Source of the DNA: Geosiphon pyriformis uo1
Lineage: Eukaryota; Fungi; Glomeromycota
DNA: 64,000 nucleotides
Direction of reading: 5' to 3'
NCBI GenBank assembly: GCA_016748015.1
Contig: JAAOMT010000269.1
Location: 153,592 to 217,591, forward strand
Below the pieces are notes generated by a model. That model was given only the letters and a program-made list of their open reading frames with translations, had not been told where the DNA came from and made no database searches. This document shows positions 10,624-24,515 of the stretch, piece by piece. Within the stretch, counting starts at the first letter, position 1. Each line of letters starts with the position of its first letter. A program made the translations under genes and the position numbers.

Positions 10624-13600
10624 TCATATTCCAAATTTTTTTTTCATTATAAAAGTATAAATTCAGTCAGTTTATTGCTCAACTATAAACTGCAGCAAAC
10701 AAAGTTTTTTTTTGGGCTCAGTTATTAATTAGAATAGTGTATTAACAAAATTTATTATATGTTTTTTTTCTGCCAAAAACATTATTTTATAATTCTTTAT
10801 CTGGTAAAATTTTGCCTATGTAAAACATAACATATTGTTTCATTTGTCTTGTCATTTTGGTTATCTAAATTATTTTAACATACAAAATTAACAATAGTAT
10901 CTGGTGGCAGTAAATTATACTTTATCATTTCTAATACAAATATTTATTAAGGATAACTTCTTTCTATAATTAACACAGATTAATTTTAGAGATTGATATA
11001 GTTAATTTTATTGATTTATGATTAAATAGATTGATGGTAATTTCTGAGGTTCTTTGTTAGCTCTTCTTTTACTTTTTTTTTTAGATAGAAGGTAATAGTA
11101 GTTTTGTCTTATAATTATCAGCCCAAAAAATTTGACAAGTTTCTAAAATAGACCAGAGAGTATGCTCTTTGAATTTAATTAGAGATTATTTTGAAGCTGC
11201 TATTTTAAAGTATTTACATATAGCAAATACTTTTATATGTTGTTTATTAAAGATGATCAAAAGTTTTTGGATGTTTTAGTCAAGCATGGTGTAAGTTTTA
11301 GCTAACTAATTATTTTTTATAAGAACTTAATACTAAGTAGTTTTTATAATAAGTATTTTAATTGAAATGCTAATACTGTAAATATTGAAAAAAAAATTGT
11401 TAATCTCTCTTATTGGTGTTTTGATATTTCTATTTGTAATAATTATTTTAACAATAACAGCACAATCTACTTAGTAATCTAGTTGATTCATGAATTGTTT
11501 TGTGATTATATTGCTTGTAGATTTATTGTCAAGTATTAATTTAATGTTTAATTGTCTTATTCTAACATTAGTATATATTGTCATAATTGGCTTATTCTGA
11601 TTAATAACAGCTTCACTAAAAAAATTAGCAATGTTTAGACTGTTAATATTAAATAGAAATATAATGGCCAGAATATTATTCTTAATAATTATGGCAAAAA
11701 GAATTATTTTTAGTAATCTAATTGGTATTTTAAAAAAGAGGATTAGTAATTCTAATTACATTTTTTTTCAAAGATGTAGCATTACAAAAATCTAAAGTTT
11801 TTATAAAACCAAAATATGAAGTTTGATTTAAGTATCTTGCTAATACTATTCAAAGTAATATATTATTATAATATACTGATTTAAATGTTCTGCTAATAGG
11901 TTGTATTTAATTTCTACTGGTGTTTTGCTATCTCTAATTATAGTCAATGACTTAGAGTCTGTGTTTATTATATATTAGAGCCTAGTATTGAAATGTTGTT
12001 TGTGCTATTGCTTATAAAAGCTAATAATAAATCAAATATTGTTAAAATCAATACTATAGTTGTAAGTATTATAATAACAAATATTGGAATCTTATAGTTT
12101 AGAAATATCTTAATTGTAATTAATTTTGACTTTTTTGGTTTTAATTGGCTAGTTTTTTTTTGCAATCTTTTGTAATGTGTTCAAATTTTTGATATTAGTA
12201 ACAATTACAAAGATCTAATCTTCAAAGTTGTTGTTGTTATTATTAATTCTGTTATTGTTAATAGTTATTGAAGTTATTTTTATGTTGTAATTGATATATT
12301 TCTGAGTTTTCTGTTAAGAATTTCTTAATTTTCTAAGCCAATTTTTTATTTAATTGAATAAGTTTGATATTAATATTTGATGTTTTATTTATAACTAAGT
12401 TAGCAGTTTAAATATAATTGGCTTTTTGCTTTGCTAATTCAAAGTTATAGGCAAGTATTACAGCTTTTTATAGATTATTCAGATGGTATGGTTTTATAAA
12501 TTGTAAGATACTACTTCTTAATCTTTTAATAAATTGGTTAAAAATTTGTCTGAAGATGTAGTAATCTCTTTTAATTTCTGAATTTGGCAAAAAATTAGAT
12601 TAAATTGTCCAAGATAAATAATTATTGCTTTATAATCTTTCTGTTTTATTACATTAAACTGATTTTGTAGTCTAATAAGCATATTAAGGTTATAAAAGTA
12701 TTGTAAAAAAGTGAGTTTGAAAACAGCAAAGTTAGTTAGTTTTTTTTTAAAACTTTGGTATTATGAGTTTGCAATTCTTGTCAAAAAGAATGGTAGAACT
12801 TGGATTGTTTTGGCCTTATCTTAATTATTAATTCTGATTGCTTTTTTAGTTTTTGTAATTTAAATATATGTGTTTTTTTTACAAAAAAATTTTTTTAGTT
12901 TGGTAATATCTCTGTAAGCCATGATTTAAGTGATAAAAATTGGTTTAATTGTTGACAAAAAAGATATTAACAAAGGTATATCTGGTTGTTTTGTTGTGTT
13001 TATAGCTAATTGTTTTTTTTATTAATAAAATTAATAAGTTATAAGATAATTGTTCTGTTTAAAAATATAGTAGTTGATTTATTTAGAAATAATATTGTTA
13101 TTTATAAAAAATAGAAATTATAATAATAAGTAAAATAGCCAATCAAAAATAGATATAATAAAAAAAAAATTCAAGATTTCTTTTAAGGAATGGCAAAATT
13201 TCAGAATTTCAGAATTTTTTTCAAGAAATTTTATATAACATAAATTATGTATATATAATAAAAGTATTAAAAACAGAAAAAAAAATTCAATTCAATTTAG
13301 AACAATAATACTCTTTCTTTTAAAAGATAGTTTTTTATGACTTGAAATAAAATCACATCAATATTAATAAAATATCTAATTATTATTAAACTTATGTTAT
13401 CATTACTTGATTAAGAATATTAATCATTTTTACTATTATTAATACTCTATATTGATAGAATCTAATACTTAACCACACTAGATCAATAGCTTTTAATTAT
13501 GACTATTGATAAAATATTAATTTTTTTTTATTTTTTTTTATTTTCTTTTGTTGTTTTTTTGTTGTTTATTAATTGATTAAAAAAATTAAATATTAAGTAT

Positions 13601-14700
13601 TTGATGTCAAAAATAGTCTGGTAAAAAACCCAGAAAAAAAAAGTAGAAATTTAAGAATAGCTTACCAAAAAAACATAACTGCCAGAATAAACTGGCCACC
13701 ATGCTAAAGAAAAAAATTCACAGAAAAAATCATCAATTAAATCTCTGTTTATTATATAAAGAATTTAACCAAAATTTTTAGACTTTAAAATCTTTAAAAA
13801 TTACTAATATTTCTAGCTATTAAGTACTAAGTTATGGATTTGTTATTTGTTCCAACACTTCAAATAATTACTTATAACAATGTTAACAGTTGTGTCCAAA
13901 AAGAAGTGCTTTTATCAGGTTTATTGGCTGTTGGAATGAAATTTTCAAATAATAATTTGTATTTTCCTTAAAATTTAGTCCAAAAATTTTGGTTATAGTC
14001 TTAAATATATAGAGTTCTGGAAGTTTTTGGAGTTTTTGATTGTGTTTCAATGAATTAATTGAGCAAGATTCTATTTCTTAGTATCTGGTAGTATAAAAAA
14101 GTAAGTAGTAAGAGAAGTCTTGATTTTTTGTTGACTATAGACCAAATTTTTTTTTGTGTGGCTTGTGTATCTTTGAATTCAGATTTGGATTTTTTGAAGT
14201 TGAGTCTTGATAATTGTCTTCTTTTTATTTAAGAATACTGTTTGCTAGTGTATTCTTGAATTTTTTAATCAATTATTAAAAAAGTCTCAACTATAGTCTG
14301 AATAATAGTTAAGATTGAGTATATTAGTAATTTTTGATAGATTTGTTTTCTAAGTTTTCTTATGTCTGTTTTTTAGCTTAATAAATAGTCAATTTTAACA
14401 TATATATAGTGACAAAAATTATTTTCTGTAATAATAGTCTCTAATAATATTCTTAAGTTTTTTTTAAAGTATTGAAATAATGCTTTTTTGAATAGTAAGT
14501 AATCTTTTTTTATAGTTTTAATAGTTGTCACTTTTGTGAATTTTTGGAGTGTTCTGTCTTTGTAAAATTTATAACTTTACAGAAACTATTAAACTTGGTA
14601 GAATGTTGTGATAATATTTAGTGTTTTAAATTTAAATAATAAAAAGCTTAAAATTTTCTATTTTAAATACTTGAGATAAATTGATGATATTAGTTTTTAA
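10624..14700 (-). mobile_element. Older, heavily eroded Gypsy relic (gag-protease region), interrupted by a solo LTR
   Basis: Protease-like KPIMTIYTNVRI...KLILDNKSTSNII at about 11500-11600; gag-like QIFNQFIKRLRSS at about 12510-12550; 10715-10870 resembles 6500-6660. The right boundary is uncertain. Confidence 0.7.
13096..13879 (+). repeat. Solo LTR of the same Gypsy family, opposite orientation
   Basis: Reverse-complement match to 760-1570 (e.g. AAGTTATGGATTTGTTATTTG...CAAATAATTACTTATAACA). Termini TGTTA/TAACA, flanks ATAT/ATGT (4-bp TSD with one transition). Confidence 0.8.
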
Positions 14701-15831
14701 AGATTTTTGCTAATTTTATTTGTAAAGTTTTTTGGTTATAAGACACAGAAAAATATTTGGCTATTTGTGACTTAAGTATGTAAACTATCTTTTTCAAGCT
14801 AGTTAAGTACAATTACTAGAGTCTGGTAGTGTTTTTTTGTTATTCTGATAAGCTAACAAAATAATATTAATATTCAATCTTAAAAAGAGATTTTTTTTTA
14901 CCAGCTATCATAAAATCTATTCTTAGACAGTTAATTTTACAATATTGTTGTTCTACAAAAGAATAAAAATAAAAAATAAAAATAAATAAAAATAAATAAA
15001 AAATAAATAAAAATAAATAAAAAAAATTAGCATTATTAATTGCTATAATTAAAAATAATTGGTCCAAATTATTATTGTTTGAAGTATTTTATGTTAAAAA
15101 TATCTAACCAACAAAAATAGAAAACCAATTAATTTAATTTTAAATATAGAATTTATAAATTATATATGAGTAAGTTTGGGATTTTGAATATTTTTTTTCT
15201 TTGAAATAATATAAATATATAAATAAGATAAATCTAATAGATATAAATAAAAGAATATATTTTTTTTTTGTCTTTTTGTTTGTTTTTTCTATTCTACTAA
15301 AACTATTTATTTTTATATATATTTTTAGTTTTACAAAATTGCTTTTGATTATTTGTTATTACTAATTATTACTTATTATTTCTGTTGTTGTTTTGTTTTT
15401 TATACTATAATTAATTATTCTATATTATAACTAGCTATTCTATGTTATTTTACATTATTGTGTATTATCTTATATTATTTTAAGTTATAATGTGTTATTT
15501 TGTATTATTATGTTTTTTTAAATTATCATATTTTCTAATTATATTTTTTCAATATTTTTTGAATTGGTTTTTTTATTCAGATAACAATAGTTAAAAAAAT
15601 TTATTTTATTATAATATATATACAAAACACTTAAATAATATTTGTAATAAAGTTTTTTTTAATTATAATAGATAATTTTCTATGTAAAGCTTTTATTATT
15701 ATTATTTTTTTTATTTAACAAGCAAAGTCCAAACACTGCCTAGTAATAATACATCAAAATAATAATCTATACTAAGTGTGAATCATGCTTTTTCTATACG
15801 TGACTAGCCACTCAAGCCAACTAGGACAATG

Positions 15832-18800
15832 CTATACACCTATGTACACAGAAACCAAATTACCTATATCTGAAAAAAACCGACAGAAACTGCACAACCT
15901 AAAACTAATACCAAACGCATTGTCAATACTAAGCAACCTAATTACATTGGCTAAAAGTGTTGACACACCACCAGACACTGAAACAGAGATTGAACTATCA
16001 CGAGAGATCAGATCATATTTTTCCATAAAAACTCAATGTTTAAAGCAGACTAGCCAAATATTATTTCTAAAAGACAAGCACAAACTATGAACAAACTCAA
16101 CTATCTTATCAGATGCAGTTTTAGAGTTATCAAAACAAGAAGCAGCCTCCTGGTACTAATCCACAAGCACAAAACCTTTGCACAGTAAAGCAACCAATCC
16201 CAAATTGGTCAAACAATTAAATAACATTTGTAACACACAAGAAAAGGCATAAGATAGACTAGAAACAACTCTCCAAGCAGAAGCAAAATCAACAAACAAC
16301 TAAAGCTGAGCAGTTGCATCAAATGCACAAGAAAAAACATGGTTTGACACCTCAATGTCACCACAATACAGACACACTACACTGGGGTAACATTTATCAT
16401 AAAGGCGTTTGCAAACAGCAACAGGCAGTCTATGATATAAAGCTTTCATGAAATAAAAATAGAAACCAGCAGAGTGGCAACTCATAAAGCCAGCAGTCAT
16501 GTGAAAGTCAGGATGCCAAACAAGAGATAATTTGTACCAATCAATATTTATGAGCAAATGACTGTTCACAATCTTGGCACCAAAGCCTACTTTCCAACTC
16601 GTGTAATAGATAAACCAAAAAACATTATGAACAAAGTGTTTAGAGTTTCCAGAAACAATATTGCCATTAGCCAAAACAAAACATTCCTTAAGCCAGGAAG
16701 GGAGGAACCAGCCTGAATAAGAAGAGACACCAGTAAGCAAGTCAGCCTAAACATTACCCAAAACACCTGAGTGTTTTTTAATCTTATACCAGCCAACATT
16801 CAAATTCCTTTTACATATGATGCCAGCAATATGTCGACATTTGACCCAGCATTTGTTCTGGAAATCTGGAGCCAACAACAATAATTCAGCTTCACACATA
16901 TCCAAAGCAGCTTGACTGTTAGAGAATAGATAGACCGAACTCAAACTAGGCACACACTCAAAGGCCAATGCAATGGCCTAAAGCTTAGCCAATGTAGAAA
17001 ACATTATGCCAATTATCTCCACCCCAAGCCCCAAGTTAATGTCCTTGAAGAATGCAGTAGTGCCAACTTTCATATTAACACTCCCTATGCCACAAAAAAA
17101 ACCATCTGTGTACACAAAAAAGCCAGAGACATCAATGCCAGACAATTGATCACGCACTGTTCTAAACTCATAAGATTCAAGAATGTTCTTTGCAGCAGCA
17201 TCATCCAGAAATAAAGAGCAGGCATTAAGAGAACCAAAATCATGGAGATACCAAATGGTAGCAACAAACCAGACAAAAACAAAACCACACAGATCAAGTC
17301 TTTTCTACCACTTGAAAGTCTTCTAGCTAAAAACAGTACCATTACGGCACCAAATCTGCTCAACAAAAGCAATACCATAACGTCAAAGAGAGAAAAGACA
17401 CCTGGAATACATCGACTTATCAAGGACACCAGATAAAAGAGTTTTGCACTGGAAGTGAAAAGCATTACACATAAAATTGCCCAGAGACAAACCAGAACCA
17501 AAAAATATCTGAACCACACCTGCCAAGAAGTTGTTCAAAGAATTAACACTAATGCAAACTGGAGAGCACAAAGGATACACAGGATGCCAACTCAAGACCT
17601 ATAAGTCATGTAATCTATGCCTGAACAGTTGGCCCAAAATCCCAACAGAGTTGGCAAAACACACCACAGCAGCAATCTTGCTTTTGGCTTGGATCTGCTC
17701 AAAAGTCTTTAAGCCATAAAATGAAGAATAGTGCAAAACATTATTAGGAAAGTCCAGAAGCAGACCTGATTTCAATTTCAGGTTTTTTCGAATTAAAACA
17801 TCCCACTTTTGGCATGCACTAGCAGAAACAAAGCTAAACTGGGTCCTGTAACCAATGATAGAATAAAGAACTGCTGAAACCAGGTAAAAGAACTGTTTGT
17901 CTGAAATTGCTTTTCTTAAAACAAGGTTGGCAAAAAACTGTACATCTGAATATGCTTTAGCCAAGCTAGGCTTAGATAACCCATCAGAAGAAAAAAAAAT
18001 ACCCAGATATTAGTGAGACACCCTCTTTTTGGCAATAAAAATAGGAGTGTTACTGACAGATAAAAAAGAAGCCACCACTCTGCAATTAATCAGGATCACT
18101 ACAGTTTTGTTGTTGTTGATTGAGATATTATTCATCTTGAAAAATTTACTGGCAACATCAAGAATGTGTTGTGTAGCCATCTGACTAGAACCAATCCATA
18201 TAATATTATTGACAAAAGCACCTGCAGTAAGAAAAGAGGTCAAACTATTCTGAGGATTTATGCAGCCAGTCTTGGCAACATGATGCGAATTTAGCCTATA
18301 ACCACACACTGCTTCTTGCCTTTTTACTTTGCACAGCAAAATGTCATAAAAAATATGCCAAAAAAGAGGTAAAAACACTTCTCCCTGATTCAAGCCATCA
18401 TGAACACTATAACCATCAGTCAACCCAAAATCAGTTATTATTCTGTTCGTGCAGTCATTGTGAATACACCCAAAAAATCTTATGAATCTACCACATATTT
18501 TGATTCTAATCAAACTTCTCCTCAGATGTTCTCAACCAACCAAGTCATATGCCTTCCTTATGTCTTGCAAAACTAATCAAAGTTCATGATTCTTTTCTAA
18601 AGCATCCTCTACCACTGAACCAATAGCAAAAATAGGAGACTGTGTTGTTGTACCTTTAAGAACTAAGAAGTTGTCACCACAAAAAACATTGTGCTTACTA
18701 TATGCCACAGAGATCCTATCAGAAAAAATTTTTGAAAGAATTTTACAGACAGTTTCAATTAGTGTTATGGGCTGAGTATTTGTAAAAACTCTCTTCCAGT

Positions 18801-20519
18801 CATAGGGTTTGGGAATCATAGATATTCAAGTCTCCTTCCAAGGACCCAGAACAGATTTACAAATCAAACAAGAGTTTAAAAGCACCAATAGCAAATCCAG
18901 AACAGACTTGTCACAATGTTTCTACAATTCATTTGTGATATCAGAAAGACTGGCAGCTTTATTATCAGGCAAACTCAGAACCACACCAAGAAATTCTTCC
19001 ACCTCAATTGGAAACATAACATTCGAAAAGGCATCATCAAAGACATAATTCAAGGGTTGAAGCTGGCAATACCATTCATCTGAAATATTGTCAACCACTA
19101 CACACTTTCTGGTCTAGCCTTCCATAATTCTATCAATATGTAATTTAACCAAACTAGGCTCCAAAATGAGATTTTTATCCACAACTAAATGATCTAATGT
19201 GACTTTGCAAAAAGGCCGCTCAAGTACACTTCTAATAATTTGGCTCTTATTCAACTCAAAGTTTTCTATCCTTTTGTCAATAGCTAATCTGATTTGAGAA
19301 TCCCTAGCATGTTTTGATTCCATCATCTTAAGGAAATGATAAGACTTTCTAATCCTCGCCAAGACTGATCTAATAGCATCAAAATGAGATCTCAAAAAAA
19401 GAAGAAATTTAATAGCAGAAGCATTAACAGAGTCCAAAGATGCCCACACATCCAACAAAAAAACAAATTTAATAGATAACACAAAACGTAAAGCCTTCAC
19501 CAATTTAGAAACCAAAAGTTCCAATTTATGATAATGGGAAGAGCTCTTGGTATAACCACCATCAAAATCTTTAGACCAGATTCTTGAGAAAACTTCATTT
19601 GCTGAGAAGCAAATGGCTTTGCAAATACTATCCCACATGCCATCCAGATCAAACAAACAATGACAATTTGTAAATTTATCAGAAAACATGGCAAAATTAT
19701 CATGAGATGCAATCCTATACCACTCCTATTTGGCCCCATCAGTATTTTTGACATTAAATTTCCATTTGTTTTTATTGGCCTAAACATGAATAGCTCTTAA
19801 AACAGGATCCAAAATTTCAGCAAGACCAATTGTAATTTGAACAGAACTATGATCAGTACTAAAGAATTCATACACATCCACAACATGCCCATTTACTAAA
19901 GCATTACTCAAACTTTGGGAAATGAAAATGTAATCAATAGTTTTCTCAACACCCCTAAAATTCTTCCAAGTAGGAGCCTTAATATAAGAACTATTAACCA
20001 ATATATTGACTAGACCTAAATCCATACACTTACTAAAGCTAGAACTACGTTTGTTCTTATTCTCATGAAGTCACCACCTAAAATAACAAATGTACTTTCA
20101 TTACTAGCTCTGACAATAAAAGAATTGACAAGACCAGTCTAAATTACATGCTTATCCAGAAAAGTCTCTGCATACAAACCCAATACAGAAACAGATTGTT
20201 TGTTTTTGAACAACAAACGGACCATTAAAAGCCTACCCGGAATCTCAAAGATTTTTGAAACATGTTTGGCTAAATTCTCATTTATGATTAAAGTGACACC
20301 CACTCCTAAAAACCTAGCATCCAGACCTGAAGTGAACACCCTAACACCAGAAAACTTATTTGCAATCTAAGGCTTAACACTGGAACAAAGCTTAGTCTCA
20401 GTAATTATTGAAATGTCATTATTTGAAACCTTGTGCTATCTAATAATGTCATCCTGCTTGGCAGAGACATTTATACTTCTAACATTACAAGTAGTAATTT
20501 TCCAAGCTAAACTACTCAT
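15832..20519 (-). pseudogene. LINE A ORF2 (APE endonuclease, RT, RNase H, C-terminal zinc finger)
   Basis: WKITTCNVR, ITETKL, IDYIF...FSTDH; IPKPYDW, GLNQGEVF, AFVNNI (eroded FVDD); YTDG, KKHSGVLGN; CLYCGDIEVSNHVFSC. Confidence 0.9.
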
Positions 20520-22348
20520 TGGGGAATAGAAGGGATTACCGTACCACTGCCAGAAACAAAAGAGTCCAATTTATGCAATATTGCCTTAACTGAATTCTCC
20601 AAAACTGCCAGGTTAATCTTTAGACCACCCACTTTTATAGTTAACACACAAGCACCACTTGTAAAAATGTTTTAAAAGACAGCAGTAACTACACTAGGCA
20701 TAGGAGGAGCGAACAGCGGAACGTCAACAGCTATGTCCAGCACAGAGTTATGTTTGAGAGTGGGTGGAATGGTATAACCTGCTGACAAAACAGCCAGCAA
20801 TCTGTCCAGTTTATGTGAAATGTCAGCTACCTGATCAAACACATTCTCAAGTGAACACTCAAGGACACTAACATGTAAAGCCAGAAACATAACCGCAGGC
20901 ATCAAACCATCAACTGAGCTTATGCCCAAATTGTTTTCAATGAGTGGTGTGGAAAAAAGATTTTTTTTAGGAGAACCACTTACCACAAAAGCCCAAGTTG
21001 TACCACCAAAGGAGACAGGACAAGACATGGGTGCCTGCTTTTTGGCATAAATGAGTGCAAGATGCCTTTTATCTGAATCAGAACAAAGAAATCTTTTTCT
21101 CATGAAACCCTGCCCACTGGTTTTTTTACCACTTTTACAACCAGATGAAACATGACCCAAACTACCACATGCAGCACACTTAGGAGAGGACAAACCAGCC
21201 CAAATGAGGTTGACTCTCTTAAACACTAGCATGGAGCAAATGGCAGCCTCTCTTGCATTATCAAAATTGAAACATATGACAGCACAGCGAGCTTATGTGT
21301 AAGACATTGAATTCTTAGAAATATGACAAGTTTTCCCACCATATGACTGGACTAAGTCTGAAAGATTATGGGCAGTTGTGCCCATTGGCAGAGTATATAG
21401 GAGAGCATGATAGCTGTTCCTTAAATCCCATATTTGTTTGTCAGTGTTGGCTTTGGCAACATGTACTGAGTCCTTATCTAGCAAGATTGACCATTTGAAT
21501 GCAACCAGGTCAGCAACCTGGGAACTTTCAAACTCCACTAGCACTTTCTGCCAGAGGTCAATAAGCTGCATTTTGATTGAAAAATTTTTCCCAAACTTGA
21601 CCAAAACTGATTCAATTGCCAATTTGGGCAGATCTACCAGAATTTCTTTGATAATAATTTTCCAATCCAAACACATGCCAATTTTTTTGAGATTAGCATT
21701 GATGACAAGATTCTTAGACACAGCCAATTGTCTAGCCAAAGCAAGACTGGAATCAGATGTGAAAGATGTCTGAATGATGTCTGAAAGTTTTGAAGAAGTT
21801 GAAACACCCCCAAAACCATCGATTTTGTAGAATAGTAATTTGATACTCTTGAGTTTGTCATGTAGAGAACTCTCAGAAACAGCCGACAAACCAATGTCGA
21901 GAGCAAAAAATTTAATAGGTTCAAAACAGATCTTTTTCTTGACAAAAGCAACAGAATAATGAGAGGGTTCTAAAAAAATAGGGGAAAATAAGCCCATGCT
22001 AATATCATTAGTGGCAGAACCAAAATCACAGAGACCCAGAGATGGAGCCACCACCGTACCAGAGTTGAAGCATTTTGCCTTTGGGGTGTTAGTACAAGAG
22101 TCTAACTGCCCATCACTCTTGCTGTCAGCACCATAGCCCACGTCCTTGCCCATCTCATACTCCAACTTTTTGTCAAAAGAGGTATCCATATTTTCGTATT
22201 GACCTGGAATACTTGCAAATATTTTGTAAGATAAATCAGCTTCATTGCCCAAGTATTTGACTTTGCCAATCAAAATCTTAGGTTTTTGTCTCAAACTTCT
22301 ACTCATAGAACCTGTAGTGGCACTTCTGGCCAATTTTTTTGTGAACAT
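20516..22348 (-). pseudogene. LINE A ORF1 (RRM-like repeats, CCHC knuckle, coiled coil)
   Basis: ORFs 21293..22495 and 20672..21232; CAACGSLGHVSSGC; stop TGA overlaps the ORF2 ATG. Confidence 0.85.
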
Positions 22349-24515
22349 AGTGTTGACAGTGTCAGATGCTGAGGAGACAACAAAAGGATTGGTAAGGTAA
22401 GAAATTGTGAAAACCGAGTAAAATAAAAGATAAGAACAAAAAGAAAAAACAAAAAACTTCTTTAAAAAGTATGCTATTTTAGGAATTTGGGACATAGAAA
22501 AGAAAGAAGTTTTTCTTTTATTATATATGTGTACAAATTATTAATAATTAAAAACTTTTTTTTTAATATTAATTAGCAGTATTAAACCAAAAAAAATAGT
22601 TTAGTTAATTAATTTATTAGTATATTATTACTAAATACATTAAAATGTTTTTTTATTTTTATGCTTAATTATATTAAAAGTCAATATTATAATTTATAAT
22701 TTAATTAAAGTTGATAAAAATAGATTTTAAATTTCTATATTTATACTTATATTTAAATTAAAAAAGTAAGCTGTTATATTATTAATTATATTAAATAAAC
22801 CAAAATTCTTAATTAAGTTATTTATATAAATTATGATTTTATATAAATACAAATTTTTTAAACCAAAATAAAATTTTCTAAAATTTTCTGTACTTAAAAC
22901 ATTTATTATAAACAATAATTAAGAAAACTGTAAATAATTATTAGCCAAATTATTATTAATAATAAATTTTAAAATTGACAAAAACCAAAAAAAAACAAAG
23001 CTCTTAAGATTTAACTATTTTTAATAATAAAATTCTTTTAAATAAAACATTTTTTATAACTGTTTAAAAATTGATTAGCAAAAACTATATTAAAATACTT
23101 AAAAAACTTGATTATTTTAAAATATTTGAAATAATCCAAAATTTTCAAAACAAAAACTTTAAATTTAAAACAGAATATATTAAGTGTATAAATTATTAAA
23201 AAATTAAATATATTAATAAATTTATTAAATAAAAATTATATTAATAAAATATCTTAATAAATATTTAAAAACTAGATTTATTGACTTAGATTTTATTATT
23301 TTTAGATTATATTTTATAAAAACTTTATATTATAGATTGTTAATTATTACTAAAAAAAATTTATAATTTTAAATATCTAAGTATTTATTATTTTTATTGT
23401 GACTTATTAAATAATTCAAATTATATATTTTTGTGTACTTTTAATTTTATTGTAAAAAATAATATTTTTATTAATGCTTTAATTAAATGGTTTGGTTTAT
23501 TTGACAAATTATTAAAAAAAAATTTTGTTTTTAAATATTTATATAATAGTTATTAAAAAGTTTATTTTATTTAATGTTACTAATTTTGTTTATAATTGGA
23601 ATTGTATTAAATATACATAAAATAAAATTTATTTGTAATATTATAATCTGTTTTGGTCTTAAATTTATTATATTATTGTTTTTTGCTAGTTTTTGTAGAT
23701 TTATAGATATTATATATTAATATAAGCTTGTAATATTGTTTTAATTGGCTTGAATAGTTGATTATGTATAAAAAAAACATAAGTTATACTTGTTTTAAAT
23801 TTCATAGTAAATATATTATAATAAGTAGTAATTAGACTGTAATAATAAAAATAAAAAATAAAAAAATTAAATAAAATTAAATAATTTAATTAATAATCTT
23901 AAATAATTTTATAAAAATTAAAAATAAATTATTTAAATTTATAAAATTTTTATATTTTTTATAAAAATCTTGTTATTATTATTTATTAAAAAAAACCATA
24001 GTACTTTAAAATATTAAAATTTATTTTATTTTTAAAATAAAACTTAATCATTTTAATTAATAATTAATTATATTTTTTAAAACAAATTTTATTTAAAAAT
24101 TTTCAAGCTTAATTAACCAAATTAATTTATATTATAAATCTAAGATTACATTCTAATCGTATTCAGTTATTGGTATAAAAAAATATATCCAGTATTTAGG
24201 ATAATCGTCCCCTAGAATTTATGGACCCTAATAAATTAGCTTTTGTGATCTATATGCCGGTTGCTTATGGATAAAATCTAAATTTCAAAAGATTCCTCTT
24301 TATTAATATCATTTAATGTGAACAACTCTTTCATAAGTTTCAAAGAAAAGATTTTCTAAAAAAAGGATTCAGGATGCATTGGGTTTTAAAATAAAATTTC
24401 ATTTGCAATTTGATGACTTTCTTGGAAGGGGCTTAGAGCGATAGACTATAAAAGACTATGTTGGTACAAATTTCGAATTAGGAACCTTATTCAGAGTAAA
24501 ACCTTTAGAAAATAT

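Larger units (their letters stand above)
15700..22514 (-). mobile_element. Full-length degenerate LINE (copy A): ORF1 plus ORF2 APE-RT-RNaseH-CCHC, structured 3' tail, poly(A)
   Basis: Domains are listed in the ORF1 and ORF2 entries. Poly(T) on the plus strand at about 15705-15712; 5' inverted repeat 22452-22463/22503-22514. Confidence 0.92.

Noticed and set aside
14760-15240. 5' LTR of the older Gypsy relic
   Set aside because: An A-rich tract resembles the LTR interior, but no termini or PBS could be fixed.
15690-22524. LINE A target-site duplication CTTTTATTAT
   Set aside because: Present at both ends but too low in complexity to distinguish from chance in this AT-rich DNA.
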